NCBI GenBank assembly: GCA_951406725.2
Contig: OX597818.1
Location: forward strand, 64,170,001 to 64,234,000
Origin: Octopus vulgaris
Taxonomy: Eukaryota
Direction of reading: 5' to 3'
DNA length: 64,000 nt
A model generated the notes under the pieces. It had not been told where the DNA came from. It saw only the letters and a list, made by a program, of their open reading frames with translations, and did no database searches. Positions 54,399 to 64,000 of the stretch are shown here, in pieces. Position 1 is the first letter of the stretch. Each line of letters begins with the position of its first letter. Both the position numbers and the translations under genes were made by a program.

Positions 54399-54497
54399 AA
54401 ATAAATCTACTAAACCCAAATAAATCTACGAAACCCAAATAAATCTACTCAACCCAAATAAATCTACTCAACCCAAATAAATCTACTCAACCCAAAT
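54399..54497. repeat. 19-bp minisatellite, about 5.2 copies (aaataaatctac(t/g)(a/c)aaccc)
   Basis: Direct reading. No spacers between units. Confidence 0.95.
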
Positions 54498-54743
54498 GCT
54501 GAATTGTGCCAGTTTTTTTGAAATTCCGACGCTATATTATAGGAATGCTGAGCAAGACATTGTGTTGTTGTCTTTTTGTTGGCGTGTCGAAGATTTTCGC
54601 TTCGCTGAGAATTTATGTCTCTGTGCGTATGGCTTCACAATTAGACTGTCTCTGCTTATGTAAAAGAAATGTGTATATTTATATCGGTACGGAGAAGTTA
54701 GTAAAAAATGGTTATATCTGAAACATGAATGAATATGTGTGTG

Positions 54744-54807
<64 letters not shown>

Positions 54808-56115
54808 TGTATATATGTATATATACATAGGGAGAGGTAAGTATTTTTTTTGGTGGCTGGACTTTGATCAATCCCATTACGAACAACAGGTGGTTGATCT
54901 TTAAACTATATCAGTAAATATATTAATGTAATAATTTTATGGGCATGTTATTTGGATAAATATTAATTCGTACTACAGCTAACAACAAACAAGGTGAGAA
55001 CAAATATTCGTTAAATGTAAATAATGTAATTAATGCTAGTTACGAAAACTTGAGTACAATTCTGTTTCTAAACCTATTGGTGAATCGCGTTATACTATAG
55101 TACTTGTTATATTTTTTAATCATTTATACACCCTTGTACACCTAAAGAAAGATTCACCCCCGCCAATGACGTTTCTAGTTTAATCACTTGCTCATCGACT
55201 TCAAGCGCTTAACTGCAAAATGTTATGATTCAAATATATTAAGCCTTCTTTTTTCTTCATCTCGAGGCCCTGTTCTTTTCTCTTCTCTTCTTTTATTTTA
55301 TGCATTTGTGTTCACTCTGATGAATCTCCATGTACCAGATGGGATAAGCTATAGAATATAACATATATTATTCTCATAATTTTCTTTAGCAACGCTGACA
55401 GACATTGGAAACAGAAACAGCTGTTAGAAATATTAACGATTTGTATTAAAAAATAATAGCCGTTGGTAGACATTTTGTTTGTTGATAAAGAATTTTCTTC
55501 AATTTCTGCTTAAGTTATATATATATATACAGATACATACATCTATGCTTCTACCAGCGTTCAACATACGCATTTTCTATGATATGCACAAGTGTGTGTT
55601 ATGTAAGTGTATACATGTGTATCAGGTGTGGCATAACTGGATTCTATGAGGGTTGAACGCATCAGTATGTGCAGCAAAGGAAGATTTATGGACAATTTGG
55701 TCATTATATTACGTTTGTTAATCTTGGTTAACTTATTACAGTAAATTCAATATCCAACTTAACCACCGGAATTCAATAAATATAATATTAAGATAATTTT
55801 ATGTAAGGTCCAGTGTTTCGATATTAGATAGCCAAATGGCTGTCCACGCGAACAACCAATTAGAAAGACATCTAGACTTGGCGCTTCAACCATTCACCAT
55901 TTCGATAATGTTGAAGAAGCAGTGGTTTTCTCTGTTCCATACCATGGTGGAAACTGAAGAATATGATAAAGTATTAGCTACGTGAAGAATTCTACGCTAC
56001 AGGCCAGGCGTCAGGAGCGACTGTTTAGAAAACAACATTCTACGTGATTTTCAGCCGGGCACAGTGTTTGTAAGTTTAGCGTTATTTACATTAATGCATA
56101 CATACATACATACAT

Positions 56116-56157
<42 letters not shown>

Positions 56158-56646
56158 CATATATATATATACATATATATGTGTGTGTGTGTGTGTGTGT
56201 TGTATATACGTGTATATATTTACTTATAGGCATATATATAAACAAAAATACCAAGACAGGTGGTGTAGACAATTGACATATATTTTAGTTTAACGTTCGG
56301 GAAGTGAAAAAGTTTTTAACTTTTCGAGCCAAGACGGATAGATAGGTAGATAGATAGACAGAAACACACACACGTTTGAAAAACCAACTGTTTTTTGCTT
56401 AAAGAAACACAACATTCTGTCATTAAAATATTAAAGTGCAGAAAACATTCTTACTTTAGAATATATCTATATAAAGCCATGTATTATGTATGTGTTTGTG
56501 TGAGTATGTGTGTGTGTGCTAACCCAAATTTACACGCACTCGCGAATGCTTATGCAAACATATATATATGTATGTAAGTATGTATGTGTGTGTGTGTGTA
56601 TAAAGCGGACATAGTGATAAGTAAATAGAAATATAAATCTATAGAT

Positions 56647-56690
<44 letters not shown>

Positions 56691-56732
56691 TCATCATCAT
56701 CATCAGCATTGTTCGACTGTGAAAAGACTATC

Positions 56733-56777
<45 letters not shown>

Positions 56778-56838
56778 TGCAATTATCTATCTATCTATCT
56801 ATCTCTCTCCTTCTCACTCTCACTCCCTCTCTCTCTCT

Positions 56839-56916
<78 letters not shown>

Positions 56917-58772
56917 TAATAATAACTGAGATAGTGATATAACTTTGTGCAGACATAAGCAACAGATACGTGTATGTCTCCCTCTATTTATATGTGTACG
57001 AGAGTGGACGCTTGTTTTTGAGCATTTGTGTTTAATCTTTCTTATGTTTTCCGAAATTACGCATGTAGAAATGAACCCAGGTAGACTATAATATGCGCAT
57101 CGCTTAATTTATCAGTGATGATGCCAACCGTTGTTATAATGAGAATAATTTCTATGCTTCAATTTTAGTACTGTCTATTTATATTTTAGCCATATTCATT
57201 AATTGTTCGTTTTTGTTTTTGTTTACCTTCTTTCTTTTATATTTCGGCAAGAGAATTCTATTTCATACAAACAAAATCCTAGAGAAAACATTGGTACACA
57301 TTGTCATCAGCGGAACCATAGAAACCTTACATGTCTGAATAAAAAACCACAACAACAACATTAAAATGGTAAATTAGAAATAGAGAGCTATCATAATAAA
57401 TAATGTCGGCTGATTTTATGATTGGAACTTCCGATTAATCCATCCGATCATTTCTTTCGTAATCACCATAAGGCTGTAACAATTGTCAGCTGTACAAAAT
57501 AGCTGATGAATTCAACGTTTGTATTGTGAATTAGAAATGAGTAGACTGCAGATAATAAAATTCATTGGTCAAGTGCTTAACTAAACAAACATCATTCTTT
57601 GATGTTGGCGCCACATTTCCCCAGTGTGTAGACAGCATGTCTGGCTACATTCATGTAAAATCAACCGGGAATAAAATAATCTTTTGATGCGTGTTTGTCA
57701 TTAAACCTTGTGAACTATTCGCAAGTAACGCAGCATAATTCACTGCCAGACATTTCAGTCGGCATTTTGACTTATTCACATGAAAATACGATTTTTTTAT
57801 TTTATACAGCTTTATAATTTGCCACTTCTTTCTAATCAAATATTACACCCGTCTATTTTTTTTCCATAAATATTTTCATTTTATTATTTTTTTTAATATT
57901 CTTCAATCTTAGTAATATCCATTATATTATTTCTATTCAATTATGATATCTCATTATATAGCAATGAATTATTTTAATTCATTTGCGCAGCAATATCGCC
58001 AGACTTACACATACTCTTTTTCTCAAAGAAACACATATATAAAATTCTCTTTACTCTGTTTTATTTTGTGTGTGGGTTTTTTTTTCATGTTTCTTTAATT
58101 AATATCTGGTTGTTTTATCTCACCGTGTGACTATAAAAATAATGCGCTTAAAACAACAAGATTCCACCATCACAGGACGGCATAGAAGACATTACGACTG
58201 AAACAAAGAAATATACGTTCTCGCCTCAGTACGAGAATATATAAACGGTTGTTCTGTTTAATAGACAATGTAGTTAAAACATCCTCTATCAGAACATATC
58301 AACATTTAAAATGAGCTAGAGAACAAACATCATAGTAAAACGACTAAAATATGGAAAAGATACTTGTGGTATAACTTCAACATAGACCCGAGGGACAAAA
58401 TTAAACACAGCTAAAATCAGCCACAAATTTGTATAAATAATAATATGTTTAATGCTGTTTTTTCGAGAAATGGAATACCAGCGGATCGAAAGATTTAAAA
58501 TACACAATTCACATATATTTGAGACACGATTTGCGTATTCGAAAGTGAAAGATTGAATTATGTAATATTTTCGCTATGGATATAACGATATATATGTAGG
58601 AATCTTAAATGTCACCGTGAAATTTCCTTATAGGTCTTAACTGAAGGTTTACTCTACCAAAATTAATGACGTAACTGGACATACAATGAAATAACTTATT
58701 TGTACTTATAAATGTAATTATTCACGTATTTATTTATTATTATTGTTATTATCATGCATACACATGTCTCCC

Positions 58773-58803
<31 letters not shown>

Positions 58804-59181
58804 ATGAGGCGAGTAACTTTATTGTTTAGTATAATTACTATTCTAGTCCTTTCTGAGATTTTAGAGCTAGTTATTTTGGTTGTTGCAAATCAGAGACTGG
58901 TGGTTACTTTGTTTACAATATATTCTAAGCGTCTGAGGAGACTGGCTATAGCCCTGGCGTACAGGATCTTGCCACTGACGATGAACCATATAGATTGAAA
59001 GTGAGTCAATCACGCGATCCTGATACCTGCTGCAGGGTGGCAGGAACTCGCTCTCCACGTGCTAAATATATATTGCATACAAAGGGTGCAGAGCTGCACC
59101 GATAACAAGCTGGTGGGGAAACTGCCTGGGTTGAACGTAGTAGTAACATTCAACAGCCACATCTATGTGGCGACTGGCTTT

Positions 59182-59213
<32 letters not shown>

Positions 59214-59304
59214 ACGATAGATAGATAGTTAGATAGATAGATAGATTGATAGATAGATAGATTAATTGATTGATTGATTGATTGATTGTTTCAGAAATTT
59301 TGAC

Positions 59305-59676
59305 TGACACGATGCTGAGGCACCAACTTAAAGGGTTTTAGTCCGAGGAAACGGGCTTTCTTAACGCCTAGTAAATACTCTCTCGCGTCTTTAGTGCTCA
59401 CTCACGACGACGTAAACACACCACAAGCGGTTTTCAATCGGTAGTGGGGGACAAAAACACACAGAGACATAGATAAACACACATACATACACACACATGT
59501 GCACACACATATACGACACGCTTATTTTTTTCCAGTTTCCGTCTATCAAATTCACTGTCGTGGTTACAGTTACTTGGGGGATATTATAGGAGACACCAAA
59601 GGTACAACGCTGTGGGAACAAAGCCGGAACTATGTAGCTATAACGCTGTGGGAACAAAGCCGGAACTATGTAGCTA
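59305..59676 (-). mobile_element. Old diverged SINE family B with a 36-bp tandem duplication (59606-59676) in its head
   Basis: cagtttccgtctatcaaattcact and ggggacaaaacacacagagaca match family B. aacgctgtgggaacaaagccggaactatgtagcta occurs twice. Confidence 0.65.
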
Positions 59677-60104
59677 CATACGTATACATGTAATTTCCTA
59701 ATAGGCTATATGTCTATAAGATTGAACTTTAAAAACGAAGCAACTACACGATCGATGTATTTATCATTGAGTATAAATCTGTATGCACTTACGAGGTGTA
59801 ATCACAGAATAAATATCGAAAGTATTTCTATAGCGGTTTTATTATACGCTTAGCAATATGTAGAAGCATGTAATTAAGGACGAGCAAAGCATATAAGTTT
59901 AGCATATAGAATTGAATACCACTTTAAGCATAAACTTGTAATTCCAAATGAATGGATATAAATAGAGCAAAGCATTAATGTTTGAGTGGAATTGTTGGTT
60001 TCGTAAATGGAGTCTTTTGAATTGGTACACGTTGAGGAGATTGGAAATTGCGATTTTATGTCTAGATAAATATATTTGTGTACGATTGTATGTACCTTAA
60101 ACTT

Positions 60105-60280
60105 TAGTCGAACAAATCGAACCCAGGATTTATTCTTTGTAATCCAATTACTTATTCTATCGTGCTCTTTTGCCGAACAACTAGGTTACGGCGACATAAA
60201 CACACCAACATCTGTTGTGAAGCGATAGTGGGGAACAAACACACACACACATAAGTGCACACGCACACACGCACACACGC

Positions 60281-60329
<49 letters not shown>

Positions 60330-60400
60330 TACATACATACATACATACATATACACACGCATATATATATACACACGCATATAAACATCGGGCTTGTAAA
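60105..60400 (-). mobile_element. Diverged SINE family B 3' half
   Basis: tagtcgaacaaatcgaacccaggatttattcttt...acttattctatcg..ctcttttgccgaac. Confidence 0.75.
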
Positions 60401-60494
60401 TGTCGCTTACTCACCCATGCCATTCATAAATCATGAAATACTCAAGATAAACAATCCTCAATGAAAATTACATACTTTTAATAATAATAACAAT

Positions 60495-60527
<33 letters not shown>

Positions 60528-61456
60528 AATAATAATAATAATAATAATAACAATAATAATAATAATAATGATAATAATAATAATCAGTATTATTATCATT
60601 ATTTTTATTTTTGTTGTTGTTGTTATTATATATACATCACTGCCATGAAGTTCCTCGAATATTTCATCCTCACCACCATTCTTATTTGTACGAAATTATC
60701 CGTTGCCATTCATTCCCTCATAACCACCAAACATGTTGTGTCACTGATTTGAATTTTGAAACAGCCTTATATATCAATTTATATGAGCATTAACATATGG
60801 AATGATATTTTACCTCGAAAGCTTCAAAAACATTTTTTCGGTGTCAACTTTAAAATCATTAAAATCCAACCTTCCGTTAAACCAAACTCCTTTATTAACT
60901 CTAGTCTATAGACGTACAGTATTTATAACATTTGTAATATTTTAGATTTCTAGACATAAAGAGATTTTACCTTTGATATTCGATTTTTACCGCTTTACTT
61001 GCATGGAAAGGGTGTTTCTTTTTTTATAATTATTAACCTATTTATATTTATTTATATTTTTTCTTATTTTTTGACCCGCTATCAGTGAAGATGCCAAAGG
61101 GCTCAATCCGATTTTTATGCAATTTCTGAAAAAAAAATTATAATCTTTACATATTGTAATCGATAAAAGAATTTTCGATGTAAATTGCATTAATGATCGT
61201 ATTTATTTATTTATGTATTTCGTTGTTCCGCTTTGAGGAATTTTAAGAATAGCATTTCTGTTTGGTTTATAAAATGTGGAGAAATTAAAGTTGCTGCAGC
61301 AGTGCATTGAGACTTGTCTCACCAAATTTCGCATTTATAACTGCGTTGATATACTTATTAATTTTATTGACTCATATTAACAAAATAGTGCATACAATAT
61401 TTGCAATACACAAGAGTTAACAGCTGATAAAGTGTTGAAGCAATTGTTGTGATTAG

Positions 61457-61503
<47 letters not shown>

Positions 61504-61686
61504 ATTTGAAACCCCACTGGAATGGGAGAAAGCGCTAATAATCCGAATGATATGATCTGAATTGATATGATATGTTATATATATCTTTCCTTGTTTGATT
61601 TGCATAAAATGTAATATATAAATAATATATCTATAAATATGATTCATCCGATCTTCTGATTACCTTTTTCCTGTAAATTTATTTAT

Positions 61687-61774
<88 letters not shown>

Positions 61775-61779
61775 TATAG

Positions 61780-61818
<39 letters not shown>

Positions 61819-61820
61819 TG

Positions 61821-61860
<40 letters not shown>

Positions 61861-62422
61861 AACATATATGTATGCGCTCACAAAAGCACACACATATTTA
61901 GGCATGTATATAAGCTACTTCTACATACTCTATTGCTACTAAGCACACAGTGTGAAATATGAGATATTAAAACAGAACGGTCCCCCAGTAAATGGTGTAT
62001 CTAATTATCTCCGTCATGTATTCAGTCACATCCAGGTATACAATTTTTAGAAATGTCCGTGTAATTTCTACGAACATAATCACAAAATGAAAAACTGTTC
62101 GTAGACTTTAGTAATGATCCATTTATAATCTTTTATCAGACTTTAGGTAATTTTATATTATTTTTGCAAGGCATTTTGTGTTTAAAAGAATTTTACAATT
62201 TATAAATAGAATGTTGTCAAGGCCAAAGACTCATAATGCCAATCACCTGTCTTTTATGGCTATCATCATAGGAATCTCACTGAAGCGGATGCTGATATTC
62301 CGTTGGGCAGAAGACCGGAAATCTCGAGGGAAAGGTGCAAAACAATTATATCAGCGTCTGTTCTTGAATAGTATCTTACGTTATCAGCCTCGAACAGCTA
62401 AAAGTCAAAATTGCGTGATATC

Positions 62423-62634
62423 TATTTCTTTATTACCCACCACAGAGAGGACAAAGAAGGACAGACAAACGGATTAAGTCGATTATATCGACCCCAGTGC
62501 GTAACTGGTACTTATTTAATCGACCCCGAAAGGATGAAAGGCAAAGTCGGCCACGGCGGAATTTGAACTCGGTACGTAGCGGCAGACGCTAAGCATTTCG
62601 CCCGACGTGCTAACGTTTCTGCCAGCTCGCCGCC
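62423..62634 (-). mobile_element. SINE family C monomer
   Basis: TSD aattgcgtga(t/g)atc (62409-62422, 62635-62648). Confidence 0.9.
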
Positions 62635-64000
62635 AATTGCGTGAGATCGACTGGGAACATAAAGAGCTGAAAGATTTTCTGATTAGTATTTTGTATTGCA
62701 TGTGTTAATCATTCTGGCAATTAGATGACTTAATATTATAGTTATAGTAGATATGTGCGATTTCTATTTCATCTTCCATGCTCTGTTAAGTTTGAAGCAA
62801 AAAAATTATAGAGATGCAATTACACATTATTCATATCTGGCTATGGTTTAGAAATATTTTGCATACTACTCAATATTCGTCCTTGATGTCGTTATACATT
62901 ACCTTGACGAATTGAATACTGCAGCACAAATTCAAAGTTTACTGCTCTACGGAAGATAACATTTCATCGTTTAACAATACATTCTGTTTCAGTATAATAT
63001 TTACGTAACTTACAACTCCATTTCGCAGTGCTGAATGGTTCATCGACAAGTGAAATATGTATTTTGCTCGCCGATCAAAAGGTCAAAAATATATATAATA
63101 CCCGAAAATTCTGACTAGCAGTATATATTATATGTTTAATAAAATATGGTGATACATTAATTTCTATGTCAAATTTAAATTCTGCAACTTATTCTCGTAT
63201 CATCGCCTTTAGCAATATGACGATTATTAATTAACGTTGGAGCACATGCTGGTAGTTGTCATTCGTAAGAGGGATTGGAATATGTGAAGTAATCTTGTTG
63301 AACAGCTGAGATGATCATATATACACCTGCACACTGAACTACACTACCGTACATGTATACACGCATATTTGTTATCAGACATACATGTACGCATAGATGC
63401 ACATATGTAGACACAAACACGTAAACACACACGCCCCCCCACATATATATGCACTTACACACATATATATATATATATATGAATTACAAGGATAAACACA
63501 TTAATACAAGTTTAAGCTAAAGTTCTTACGCGCGTAGATTTAGTACCACAAGTACATATACAAATAATTATGAAGCTAAGTTATCAGCAAACAAAGGCAA
63601 ACGGCTGGACAGGGATAAACCTTTTCTACTGGATCCGTCAGATGAATAGCAACCAAATTTCAACCCTTTGACAACCCTAATGTGTCATGCAACTGCTCTA
63701 TAGGCAGTCATCTGGAAGCTTAAAGAGAAAATTGGAAGAGTCAAGGAAAAGCGACAATTACAACTGTTTCAAATGCTATTCCTGCTGCTACTAAGATGCG
63801 GTAATACAGATATTGCCACGTCACGTGATTTTTGTGAGAGAAACATTTGAAATGTTTATACTTATGTGATTAAAGGATAATTTTTAATTTACTTCAATTC
63901 CTTTTCTTTCTGTTATAGTATAACTGGAATGTGATTTTACGCGACAGAAAACGGAAGAATATTTTGACGAGAACCTATATATTCCTTTCGTCCTTTCTGG

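Noticed and set aside
54399-54497. Short regularly repeated unit resembling a CRISPR array or telomeric repeat
   Set aside because: Contiguous 19-bp units with no spacers, no cas genes, eukaryotic context, and not (TTAGGG)n.

Overview
AT-rich, repeat-saturated eukaryotic non-coding DNA (intergenic or a very large intron). It is very probably from an octopus or other coleoid cephalopod, judged from the tRNA-derived SINE families and the extreme (TA)n/(CA)n/(TATC)n/(ATT)n density. I can support no intact host protein-coding gene: almost all listed ORFs are translations of microsatellites or SINEs. Contents: more than 30 copies or fragments of three tRNA-SINE families (called A, B and C here), a decayed hAT transposase, a full-length decayed mariner nested in a Tigger/pogo-like MITE, a 5'-truncated CR1-clade LINE, a non-autonomous Helitron, a decayed zinc-knuckle ORF1-only retroelement, and several local duplications and palindromes. 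The most interesting signal is a set of short non-coding modules embedded in (TA)n tracts that carry minimal type I hammerhead-ribozyme motifs. The best is a 562-bp unit at 29968-30980 in partial-tandem plus inverted arrangement. A diverged relative at about 13226-13706 keeps the catalytic core and base-pairing. This resembles Penelope-like pseudo-LTRs or retrozymes. All alignments were done by eye, so boundaries of decayed elements are approximate.
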